Origin: Oikeobacillus pervagus
GTDB taxonomy: Bacteria > Bacillota > Bacilli > Bacillales > DSM-23947
NCBI RefSeq assembly: GCF_030813365.1
Contig: NZ_JAUSUC010000008.1
Span: 1-32,000, forward strand
DNA length: 32,000 bases
Reading direction: 5' to 3'
Shown: in pieces, positions 17,830-26,431 of the stretch
How positions within the stretch are numbered: position 1 is the first letter of the stretch
How the letters are laid out: every line of letters starts with the position of its first letter
Position numbers and translations under genes: made by a program
The notes under the pieces: model-generated
The model's input: only the letters and a program-made list of their open reading frames with translations
Told to the model about the DNA's origin: nothing
The model's database searches: none

Positions 17830-18423
17830 TTGATTTTGGCAAACATCATATTATCCTCTACCTCCCCGAGAAGAAAACAACTCCTTGAACAAATAAATCT
17901 CCCTTTTACCATTCAAACAACCCAAGTGAATGAATCTTATCCGAAACATTTATCACCTAAAGAAGTGGTGATGTATTTAGCGAATAAGAAGGCAGAAGCG
18001 ATTTCAAGTAAACAAGAAGATGCTTTTGTCATCGGTGCAGATACGATTGTCGTTTTCGAGAATGAAATTTTAGGTAAGCCTGAATCAAGTGAAGAAGCAA
18101 GGCAAGTTTTAAAGAAATTATCAGGGAATACCCATTCTGTCTATACGGGTGTGTCTATCCATTACAAACGAGAAAAAGAGATCTTTTATGAAAAAACTTT
18201 AGTTACTTTTTGGGAGTTAACGAATGAGGAAATCGAAGGCTATCTACATAGCGGTGAGCCTTTTGATAAAGCTGGTTCTTATGGAATTCAAGGAATAGGG
18301 GCCGCATTTGTAAGAAAAATTGACGGTGATTATTTTTCTGTCGTTGGCTTACCAGTAGCAAAAGTATATCGACAATTAAGAAGGATGGGCTATGTAGGGC
18401 CTCCGTTTTCCTTCTCGTCCTAA
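17830..18423 (+). CDS. maf: Maf nucleoside-triphosphate pyrophosphatase (septum formation protein)
   Basis: ILSSTSPRRKQLLEQ, VIGADTIV, KP and SYGIQG motifs; 197 aa; TTG start. Confidence 0.9.
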   Translation: MILANIILSSTSPRRKQLLEQINLPFTIQTTQVNESYPKHLSPKEVVMYLANKKAEAISSKQEDAFVIGADTIVVFENEILGKPESSEEARQVLKKLSGNTHSVYTGVSIHYKREKEIFYEKTLVTFWELTNEEIEGYLHSGEPFDKAGSYGIQGIGAAFVRKIDGDYFSVVGLPVAKVYRQLRRMGYVGPPFSFSS

Positions 18424-18442
18424 AAAAGAAGGGAGAGAAGAA

Positions 18443-18928
18443 ATGACTAAGGAATCGTTTATGATTCGGGATGTCCCTCAAAAGGACCGACCCCGTGAAC
18501 GAATGACCCAACACGGACCAGAAAGTTTGTCCAATCACGAGTTATTAGCGATTATTATACAAACAGGAACGAAAAATGAATCGGTCCTCCAATTAGCCAA
18601 TCGCCTCTTAAATCACTTCGATGGGCTAAGGTTGTTGCAGACCGCCTCTTTTGAAGAGATGACCTCTATTAAAGGAATTGGAAAAGCAAAGGCCGTGCAA
18701 ATTATGGCGGCAGTTGAATTAGGAAGGCGCATCAGCAACTTAAAATATGATGATCGTTATGTCATCCGCTCCCCAGAAGATGGCGCGAATTATATTATGA
18801 ATGATATGCGCTTCTTATCTCAGGAACACTTCGTATGTCTTTACCTCAATACCAAAAATCAAGTTATCCACAAACAAACCATTTTTATCGGCAGTCTAAA
18901 CGCATCCATCGTGCATCCACGTGAGGTT
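18443..18928 (+). CDS. radC: radC exon 1 (RadC/YsxA JAB-domain protein, residues 1-162)
   Basis: MIRDVPQKDRPRERM...HELLAIIIQTG...IKGIGKAKA (HhH)...SLNASIVHPREV. Homology stops exactly where GTGCG begins at 18929. Confidence 0.85.
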
Positions 18929-20221
18929 GTGCGCCCATAAGGGGATTTAGAAAATCTGTTCTAGCAAAGCAGTAGGGAATATCGCAATCTTTACCCTATC
19001 ATCAGCCAACTTATCCGTAAGGGAAACCGAGCGGGGAGTGTAGCATGTTGGAAAAGCCATAAGTTGTCTAGTTACCAAGGCACGACTGCATGGCGAGATG
19101 AAAATTCATAGACAAGGATGAAAGCTGAATTGCTTGAATGATAGCTCAAGGTGGATTACGGGAACCTTCAGCGGGAGGTAACGATATACGCTGTGCGAAA
19201 TGTGCATGTTTCTTAAAACACTTCGAGGAACATGAAGCGATACCATTTCGACCAACTTCTATATGGAAGAAACGAGTGAAAGTCACATCCGAAACTATGA
19301 AGTGCTATGTTTCTAAATGTCTAAATGGGGATTGCCTAAGTCAGAACGCTGTCAACACAGCTATGCATAATACCAAATAAGGTGATAAATTTCAAGCTGA
19401 AAAGCAAGAAAGATGATGCTGAATATCTGATATGGCAACGGAGCTCTCGTAGTAGTCCGAGATAGGGAAAGCCTATTACATGGCGAAGGGGAGCAGTTTA
19501 TCTCGTTTAATACAAAATTGGAAGGAGCGTGAGGCTCTGAGAAATCCAAAAGTAGTATTAAGCAATCTAACTACCAAAGCAAAAGTCGAAGCATAATGAT
19601 GACCTAGAAATTCTTCGAGCATACAATGCGGAAATTGAAGGATTATATAATTATTATCGACTAGCAAGCAATGTACATGTTCTTCAAACATTCCGACAAA
19701 CCATGATATACAGCATGATTATTATGCCAAATATAAAAGCACCGTTAGTAAAATTATTACAAAATACGGGATAAACAGGGAAATTGGTATATGATATATA
19801 ACGAAGGACGTTCCTAAAATTTCCTTTTTTACGGAACAACGAATGGAAAAAACTCGGAAATCCAAAAACAGTCAGTCGATATAATTGAAAATACGTTACT
19901 TTACGGTGGCAGAACAAGTCTCATCGAGCGCCTTTTTAGCCCAAAAGTGTGAGTGGTGTGGTGCAGAAAATGTTCCATTGGAAATGCATCATGTTAATAA
20001 ATTCAAGAACTTGAAAGGTAAGAAACGATGGGAGCAAATTATGATTGCGAGAAATCGCAAGTCGATTGCCATGTGTGTGAAATGCGATTATGACTTACGC
20101 AATGGAAAGTTAGATTGATAAATGGAAAGCCGTATACTCTGAGAGGGGTACGTACGGTTTGGAGGGGAGTTCTTGGAAACCTACTTAGGCAACTAAGCAA
20201 GGCGCTGAGTACTTACCCTAC
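18929..20221 (+). mobile_element. Group II intron 1 (RT-deleted, ORF-degenerate derivative), 1293 nt
   Basis: 5' GTGCGCC. Domain I motif aaagctgaattgcttgaat (19121-19139) is shared with intron 2. The 34-nt domain V at 20127-20160 (aAGCcgtat...GAGA loop...acgtacggttt) is present. The 3' end is taccctac. It is flanked in frame by radC exons. Confidence 0.85.
19480..20118 (+). pseudogene. Remnant of intron-encoded protein: N-terminal 38 codons, then X (maturase) and HNH fragments in different frames; RT domain absent
   Basis: 19480-19596 encodes MAKGSSLSRLIQNWKEREALRNPKVVLSNL...stop. 19604 onward encodes LEILRAYNAEIEGLYNYYRLASN, which aligns with LEILYIYNAELIGIANYYKLANN of the intron 2 IEP. AKYKSTVSKIITKYG, RTSLIERL and LAQKCEWCG...HHVNKFK...CVKCDYDLRNG each lie in a shifted frame. 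Confidence 0.8.
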
Positions 20222-20284
20222 TTCAAAGAAGCTTTCCGCCGCTCTGCCGCCTCCATTATATGTGCACATAATCACCCATCTGGT
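20222..20284 (+). CDS. radC: radC exon 2 (63-nt micro-exon, FKEAFRRSAASIICAHNHPSG)
   Basis: Translation continues RadC homology directly from ...HPREV and supplies the H-x-H part of the JAMM motif. It is bounded by the intron 1 3' end (taccctac) and the intron 2 5' GTGCG. Confidence 0.85.
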
Positions 20285-22813
20285 GTGCGCCTGCAAGGTG
20301 CGTAATTTTAGTGTTTCTTTAGAAACTAGAACTCCTTACAATGTTCTATGGTCAGCATCTTACCTTGAGGGGAAACCTATAGAGGGAACAGAGCATGATG
20401 TGAAAAGGAGAAAAGACGACAAAGCTATCTAATGTCGAGTCAGTTCTTCAGACCAAGTGATGTATGGTAAAAGCTAAACTGCTTGAATCCTAGACGAATG
20501 AGCGATGGGTGCGCCATTGTCTACGGTAGCTTATAGGCAATGAGGACAAAATGGGAGACATATCGCCAGAATGTCTACGGGTATCTCCAGAGCCCATACC
20601 ATAGTAAGGTTTGTCCTTCAATCCTCAACTAGAGGAAACCGTCGAAAGGGATACCTAACCATCACGTATCTAAAATTATGTCATAATGCAGGGATTACCT
20701 AAGTGCAAGTGCCTATTGGCTATTAGACATAAGTCTATGAAATTGGATATGGTAACGGAGTCTCCATAGTACCCAACGTTTGCTTGTAATGAGCTTAGCA
20801 GGGGGAAGGGAGACAGGTTGATGTTAACGTTAACTAGAGAGGAGTCATGAATATGACAACAAATCCATTTCGACAGTTAGACGTTATAAGGAATGCTTCT
20901 CAAAAAGGAAACATCATTACGGATTGTTATCGTCTCATGTATAACAAAGAGTTGTGGATTAAAGCATATGCAAAACTATATCCAAATGCAGGAGATTTAA
21001 AAAAGGGTACAACTGATGAAACAAAAGATGGTTTCAGTTTACAGAAAATAGATGACATCATCGAGCAATTAAAAGCTGGAACATTTCGCTTTGCACCTGT
21101 AAAAAGGGTTTATATCCCAAAATCTAATGGGAAAAAGAGACCTTTAGGAGTTCCTAACTTTAAAGATAAGATGGTACAGGAAGTTATGAGAATGATACTG
21201 GAGAATGTATATGAACCAGTATTCTCAGACAATTCCCATGGATTTAGGGAGGGCAGAAGTTGTCATACAGCACTTTCCCAAATCAAAAATACTTGGAAAG
21301 GTCTGACATGGTGTATTGTAGGAGATATTAGGGGTTTCTTCGATCATATTGACCATACTGTACTAATCAAACTTATCTCTATGAAAATCAATGACCGTCG
21401 TTTCCTGCTTCTTATTCATAATGCGCTTACTAGTGGTGTCATGGAAAATTGGACATATCAGAAAACATACAGCGGTACGCCACAAGGAGGTATTATCTCA
21501 CCTATCTTAGCTAATATCTACCTCCATGAGTTTGACTTGTTCATGGAAAAACAAATAGAGGAATTTGATATAGGAAAGGTTAGGGCGAGCAATGTCAGCT
21601 ACAAAAAAATCCGTGGGAAAATTTATACTTTATCTCGGAAAATCAAGAGACTTGATGAGAAAAACGGGCATACAAAATGGGAAAGACGAGAGGATATAGT
21701 TCTTACTATCCAAGAACTCAAAAGAAAACAAATAGAACCCCCATCAGTTGACCCAATGGATAATTATGATCAAAGAATGAAATATGTCCGTTATGCCGAT
21801 GATTTTGTAATCGGAATTGCTGGTTCTAAGGAAAGCGCATTATATATAAAGGAAATGATTAAAACTTTTCTTGAAAAGGAGCTCCACCTTGACCTAAGTG
21901 AAGAAAAAACGCTCATCACTCATTTGGAACATCCTATACCCTTTCTTGGATATGAGTTTCGAAGATGGGATGAGATAAAGGTCAAAAGAGTCAGGTATCA
22001 AAACCAAAAGCATTCATTGAAAAAGCGAACACGATCAGGTGCAATAAAGTTAGAAATCCCTGAAAAGAAAATCAAAGAATTTGCAATGAAAAATGGATAT
22101 GGAAATTTAGTCACCTTTAAAATAATACACAGAGCAAAATTAATTCACAATTCGGAGCTAGAAATATTGTATATCTATAACGCTGAGCTAATAGGAATTG
22201 CAAACTACTACAAGTTGGCGAATAACTATCATCATCTAGACAAGTTATTCTATCTAGCAGAAAGTAGTTTTATCAAAACCATTGCTAATAAACGAAGAAG
22301 TACTTCTATGAAGGTTGCATCTAGCATGAGAACTTACAAACAAGGTGTTCTGTGTTTAGCTAGGAAGGACAGACAAGGTAACGAAAGACTTCATCAATTT
22401 GTCAAACTAAAGGACTTACCTAAGCATAAAGGTGCAATTAAAGCAGATTCACCTGAAATAGATAGATTAACAAACACCATGAAATACTCAAGTAGAACAG
22501 AATTTGAACAGCGTTTATTAGCAAACAAATGCGAAGCGTGTGGTACAACAGAAGGTCAGATGGAGGTTCATCATGTCCGTAAGTTAAAGACTTGAAGAAA
22601 AAGAAACACTTAACATTTTGGACAAGAAAATGATAGAACGCAATAGAAAAACCATTGTCCTATGTTACAAATGCCATCATGACCACCATGAGAAGCAAAT
22701 TCTGATTAGTCAACTGGCGAGCCGTATACGCTGAAAGGTGTACGTACGGTTCTGAGGGGGGAATTGTGAAACCTGATTTGGAGACAGAGTAAGGCGCATG
22801 GTTCCTACCCTAC
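20285..22813 (+). mobile_element. Group II intron 2 with intron-encoded RT/maturase, 2529 nt
   Basis: 5' GTGCGCC. Candidate EBS2 gatgggtg (20504-20511) and EBS1 gccaga (20565-20570, in a hairpin loop) are complementary to the upstream exon. The IEP ORF sits in domain IV. Domain V at 22719-22752 has the gAGCcgtat...GAAA loop...acgtacggttc form. The 3' end is taccctac. Confidence 0.9.
20847..22595 (+). CDS. Group II intron reverse transcriptase/maturase (RT-X-D; C-terminal HNH endonuclease module frameshifted)
   Basis: 582 aa. RT motifs: RPLGVPNFKDKMVQE, RGFFDHIDH, GTPQGGIISPILANIYL and YVRYADDFVIG. The X domain contains YYKLANNY. The HNH start CEACG...VHHVRKLK is followed by a stop at 22593. 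The rest of the HNH module (KDLKKKKHLTFWTRK, then MIERNRKTIVLCYKCHHDHH) continues in two other frames up to 22734. Confidence 0.9.
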   Translation: MNMTTNPFRQLDVIRNASQKGNIITDCYRLMYNKELWIKAYAKLYPNAGDLKKGTTDETKDGFSLQKIDDIIEQLKAGTFRFAPVKRVYIPKSNGKKRPLGVPNFKDKMVQEVMRMILENVYEPVFSDNSHGFREGRSCHTALSQIKNTWKGLTWCIVGDIRGFFDHIDHTVLIKLISMKINDRRFLLLIHNALTSGVMENWTYQKTYSGTPQGGIISPILANIYLHEFDLFMEKQIEEFDIGKVRASNVSYKKIRGKIYTLSRKIKRLDEKNGHTKWERREDIVLTIQELKRKQIEPPSVDPMDNYDQRMKYVRYADDFVIGIAGSKESALYIKEMIKTFLEKELHLDLSEEKTLITHLEHPIPFLGYEFRRWDEIKVKRVRYQNQKHSLKKRTRSGAIKLEIPEKKIKEFAMKNGYGNLVTFKIIHRAKLIHNSELEILYIYNAELIGIANYYKLANNYHHLDKLFYLAESSFIKTIANKRRSTSMKVASSMRTYKQGVLCLARKDRQGNERLHQFVKLKDLPKHKGAIKADSPEIDRLTNTMKYSSRTEFEQRLLANKCEACGTTEGQMEVHHVRKLKT

Positions 22814-22954
22814 GACCCCGGTCCAAGCAGAGAGGACATTGAGGTGACAAAACGCTTAGTGGAGTGCGGCAAGATTATTGGAATTGATATTTTAGATCAC
22901 TTGATCATCGGGGATAACAAATACGTAAGTTTAAAAGAAAAAGGCTACTTATAA
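22814..22954 (+). CDS. radC: radC exon 3 ([46 protein letters not shown]-stop)
   Basis: It completes the JAMM motif (HNHPSG|DPGPSRED) and supplies the conserved RadC C-terminus. It is in frame with exon 2 once intron 2 is removed. Confidence 0.85.
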   Translation, partial: DPGPSREDIEVTKRLVECGKIIGIDILDHLIIGDNKYVSLKEKGYL

Positions 22955-23019
22955 TGCTAGGATTTTCTTTTTTATTACGTTATAATATAATTTATGATTT
23001 TTACTAACTAATGTTTTTT

Positions 23020-23048
23020 TTGCCAATATGAAATCGACACTTAATAAC
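23020..23048 (+). promoter_or_regulatory. Weak candidate sigma-A promoter directly upstream of mreB
   Basis: ttgcca, 16-17 nt spacer, taataa/aataac, in the 157-nt AT-rich radC-mreB spacer. Confidence 0.25.
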
Positions 23049-23111
23049 GTGAAATGAGCAATACAATAATTGATGAAATTACGTAATTTGTATCAGAAAG
23101 GGAGATACACC

Positions 23112-24125
23112 ATGTTTGGAATTGGGACTAAAGATCTTGGAATTGACTTGGGGACAGCAAACACACTTGTGTATGCAAAGGGGAAAGGTGTTGTATTGCG
23201 TGAACCTTCAGTTGTCGCATTACAAACCGATACGAAACAAATTGTCGCGGTAGGAAATGACGCCAGAAATATGATTGGTCGTACACCAGGGAATATTGTC
23301 GCGACTCGTCCGATGAAGGATGGAGTTATTGCTGATTATGAAACGACTGCAACGATGATGAAATATTATATTAAGCAAGCCACGAAGTCAAAAGGATTAT
23401 TTGCGCGCAAGCCTTATGTAATGGTTTGTGTTCCTTCGGGGATCACAGCTGTTGAGGAACGTGCAGTAAAGGATGCAACTCGTCAAGCAGGTGCTAGGGA
23501 TGCCTTTACAATTGAAGAACCATTTGCAGCGGCTATTGGGGCCAATCTACCAGTTTGGGAACCGACTGGAAGCATGGTCGTCGATATCGGTGGAGGAACA
23601 ACAGAGGTGGCGATTATATCCCTTGGAGGAATTGTGACAAGTCAATCTTTACGTATTGCCGGGGATGAGTTGGATGATGCCATTGTTGCTTATATTCGTA
23701 AGCAATATAATCTCTTGATTGGGGACCGCACTTCAGAGGCAATCAAAATGGAAATTGGATCTGCAAGTGAGCCGGAAGAGAAAGAATCAATGGACATTCG
23801 TGGACGAGATCTTTTAACGGGACTACCTAAAACAATTGAAATTACAGCTGAGGAAATAAGTAAAGCACTGAAAGACACCGTATTTGCGATTGTGGATACA
23901 GTGAAAAGTACACTAGAAAAGACACCACCGGAACTAGCAGCTGATATTATGGATCGTGGGATCATTTTGACTGGCGGGGGCGCTCTTTTAAGAAATATTG
24001 ACAAAGTGATCAGTGATGAAACGAATATGCCAGTAATTATTGCGGAAGATCCGCTTGATTGTGTTGCAATCGGAACAGGAAAAGCATTAGATCATATCCA
24101 TTTATTTAAGAATAAAGTGAAATAA
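23112..24125 (+). CDS. mreB: Rod-shape determining actin homologue MreB
   Basis: [21 protein letters not shown]... The ATG at 23112 has SD aaagggag. The ORF track start at 23070 is an upstream extension. Confidence 0.95.
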   Translation: MFGIGTKDLGIDLGTANTLVYAKGKGVVLREPSVVALQTDTKQIVAVGNDARNMIGRTPGNIVATRPMKDGVIADYETTATMMKYYIKQATKSKGLFARKPYVMVCVPSGITAVEERAVKDATRQAGARDAFTIEEPFAAAIGANLPVWEPTGSMVVDIGGGTTEVAIISLGGIVTSQSLRIAGDELDDAIVAYIRKQYNLLIGDRTSEAIKMEIGSASEPEEKESMDIRGRDLLTGLPKTIEITAEEISKALKDTVFAIVDTVKSTLEKTPPELAADIMDRGIILTGGGALLRNIDKVISDETNMPVIIAEDPLDCVAIGTGKALDHIHLFKNKVK

Positions 24126-24239
24126 CCATCAGTAGGAGCCTCCTCGCTGGTGGTTCCTTTCATGGGGGTTCGACAAATAGACGATTATGCAAACGGATCT
24201 TTTAAAAAAACAAAAGTTTGAATGATAGAGGTGGACGTG

Positions 24240-25139
24240 ATGCCACAATTTTTTATGAATAAACGATTGATTATTATGCTCGTCAGCATTATTGTTGTTG
24301 TGGCATTGATTGGTTTTTCCATTCGTGATCGAGAAAACATATCTTGGCCAGAGCAATTTGTAAAAGATATCGTCGGTTTGGGGCAAGTGGCCGTTTCTAC
24401 GCCTGCAAATGCTGTCTCTAACTTTTTTAAAGACTTAAAAAATTTGCAAAATACATATAAAGAGAATGAAAAATTAAAAGAACATTTAAATAGAATGACT
24501 CAAGTTGAAAGTGATGTAAACCGTTTAGAAAAAGATAATAAGGAATTGCGGGCATTATTAGACAAGAAGGAAAGCTTAGCTGATTATAACCCAGAGCAGG
24601 CCACTGTCATCAGTCGAAATCCTGATCGTTGGTTTGACGTCTTTACGATTAATAAAGGGAGATCTAATGGAATCCAACCGGACATGGCTGTAATGACGTC
24701 AAAAGGTTTAATTGGGAAAGTGAAAAATGTGTCTAAATTTACAGCAACCGTGGAAATGTTAAGTGCAAATGACCCGAAAAATAGGGTTTCTGCGATTATT
24801 CAAGATAAGAAAAAAAATCTGTACGGACTCATCGAAGGTTATGATAAAGAAAATGGTTATTTATTAATGAAAGTGAAACCTACCGAAGGGAAAATGAAAA
24901 AAGGAAAAAGCGTAACGACATCTGGTTTAGGCGGAGTGTTTCCTGATGGATTGGCTATTGGGAAAGTCGTTAAGTTAGAGCCTGATCATTTCGGCCTTAC
25001 TCAAATAGCCTATATTAAACCGTCCGCTGATTTTTATGACTTTGAGCATGTAGTTGTGGCTAAAAGAGGGATGCCTGTCGTAAAAGATACGGAAGAAAAA
25101 GAAAGACAGCAAGTCGTAGTGGAGGAGGAAGGCTTGTGA
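24240..25139 (+). CDS. mreC: Rod shape-determining protein MreC
   Basis: N-terminal TM helix, coiled coil (NTYKENEKLKEHL...) and a beta-rich C-terminal domain (GLIGKV...TSGLGGVFPDGLAIGKV). SD agaggtgg precedes the ATG at 24240. Confidence 0.9.
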   Translation: MPQFFMNKRLIIMLVSIIVVVALIGFSIRDRENISWPEQFVKDIVGLGQVAVSTPANAVSNFFKDLKNLQNTYKENEKLKEHLNRMTQVESDVNRLEKDNKELRALLDKKESLADYNPEQATVISRNPDRWFDVFTINKGRSNGIQPDMAVMTSKGLIGKVKNVSKFTATVEMLSANDPKNRVSAIIQDKKKNLYGLIEGYDKENGYLLMKVKPTEGKMKKGKSVTTSGLGGVFPDGLAIGKVVKLEPDHFGLTQIAYIKPSADFYDFEHVVVAKRGMPVVKDTEEKERQQVVVEEEGL

Positions 25140-25654
25140 AAAAAATCCTTCTTCCCTTACTGATGGCAGCTTGTTTTTTTAGTGAAACCGTCTTTATGGA
25201 ATGGTTCCCGGGGAATTCCTTTGATGGCAAATGGATATTCTCACCTCGCTTTTTCCTAATTGCCCTTTTGATATTAACCATCTTTTTTAAACGATCAACT
25301 GCAATGAAGTATGGATTTATTTTTGGTTTTTTATATGATCTTTATTACACAGAAATCCTTGGTGTATATATGCTTTTCTTCCCATTCCTTGTATATATTA
25401 CGTCGAAGTTAATGAAAATGTTGCATAACAATTTATGGGTGGTTGCGCTTGTTGTCTTATTTGACTTGGCTTTATTAGAAGTAGTGATTTACGAGTTAAA
25501 TGTGATTGTTCAAAGAACTTCGATGTCATTTACTCATTTTTTGAGTCATCGTTTATGGCCGACTCTTGTATTAAATTGGCTTTTTTATATTCTTTTTTCA
25601 TTTGCATTAAAATGGAGTTTTGAAAAATTAAGAAAACATTTGTTGGATGAATAA
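25136..25654 (+). CDS. mreD: Rod shape-determining protein MreD
   Basis: 172-aa polytopic membrane protein. Its GTG start overlaps the mreC stop. Position is conserved. Confidence 0.85.
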   Translation: MKKILLPLLMAACFFSETVFMEWFPGNSFDGKWIFSPRFFLIALLILTIFFKRSTAMKYGFIFGFLYDLYYTEILGVYMLFFPFLVYITSKLMKMLHNNLWVVALVVLFDLALLEVVIYELNVIVQRTSMSFTHFLSHRLWPTLVLNWLFYILFSFALKWSFEKLRKHLLDE

Positions 25655-25744
25655 TCATTTTTAGAAATGAATTCTTTCAGCACGTTAAGAGGAAAATGGA
25701 CGATGTTTGTCGAATTAATGTGCGACAGAGGTGAACTACACGCC

Positions 25745-26431
25745 ATGAAAAAAAGGCAAAATGTTATAATAAAAGGGACGAAAGACGGATTAACCTTGCA
25801 TTTAAATGATAAATGTTCCTATGATGAGCTATTAGAGGAGTTAGAGCAAAAAATGGACGGGCAACAGGAGGAAAATGAAACACCTTTAATAACAGTAAAA
25901 ATTCAAGCAGGAAATCGCTATTTGACTGCTAAGCAGAAGGAAGAAATGAAAGAAATTATTCGAAAAAAGAAGCATTTTGTTGTAAAAGAAGTTTCTACGA
26001 ATGTTGTGACGATCGAAGAGGCAACACGCTGGAAAGAAGAATCCGATATGACAAAGGTTGCAGGGATGATCCGATCAGGTCAAGTTCTTGAAGTTCCTGG
26101 GGATATATTAATTATCGGGGATGTAAACCCAGGAGGAACGGTTAAGGCTGGGGGCAATATTTTTATTCTTGGTTCATTGAAAGGAATCGTACACGCTGGA
26201 GTTCAGGGAAATGAGAAAGCAGTTGTTGTAGCATCACGAATGACCCCTTCACAGCTGCGTATTAGTGAGTATTCTACAATTGCTCCGCATCATAATGAAG
26301 AGAAGGAATCACATGAGATGGAATGTGCATACATAGATGAAAAAAAGCAAATTATTGTAGACCGTTTACAAACTTTAAGACAAATTAGACCTAATATTAC
26401 GAGTTTTAAAGGGGGAAGCTACAGTGGGTGA
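25745..26431 (+). CDS. minC: Septum site-determining protein MinC
   Basis: MKKRQNVIIKGTKDGLTLHLND...RSGQVLEVPGDILIIGDVNPGGTVKAGGNIFILGSLKG closely parallels B. subtilis MinC. The track ORF start at 25667 is an upstream extension. Confidence 0.9.
   Translation: MKKRQNVIIKGTKDGLTLHLNDKCSYDELLEELEQKMDGQQEENETPLITVKIQAGNRYLTAKQKEEMKEIIRKKKHFVVKEVSTNVVTIEEATRWKEESDMTKVAGMIRSGQVLEVPGDILIIGDVNPGGTVKAGGNIFILGSLKGIVHAGVQGNEKAVVVASRMTPSQLRISEYSTIAPHHNEEKESHEMECAYIDEKKQIIVDRLQTLRQIRPNITSFKGGSYSG

Noticed and set aside
19138-20432. ORFs 19138-19380 (+), 19361-19917 (-) and 20115-20432 (+) in the ORF track
   Set aside because: They fall within intron ribozyme domains or run across intron/exon boundaries (20115-20432 spans the intron 1 3' end, exon 2 and the intron 2 5' end). 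They are better explained as chance ORFs in structured RNA.
24124-24155. Long imperfect hairpin (aaccatcag-t-agga / tcct-cg-ctggtggtt) right after the mreB stop, considered as a terminator
   Set aside because: No U-tract follows (cctttcatggggg), and mreC must be co-expressed. At most it is a processing or stabilising stem-loop, so it is not annotated as a terminator.
24167-25703. Spo0A-box-like heptamers: ttcgaca at about 24167 upstream of mreC and tgtcgaa at 25697-25703 upstream of minC
   Set aside because: Single 7-mers of this kind are expected by chance several times in 32 kb on two strands. They show no tandem arrangement and no promoter context.
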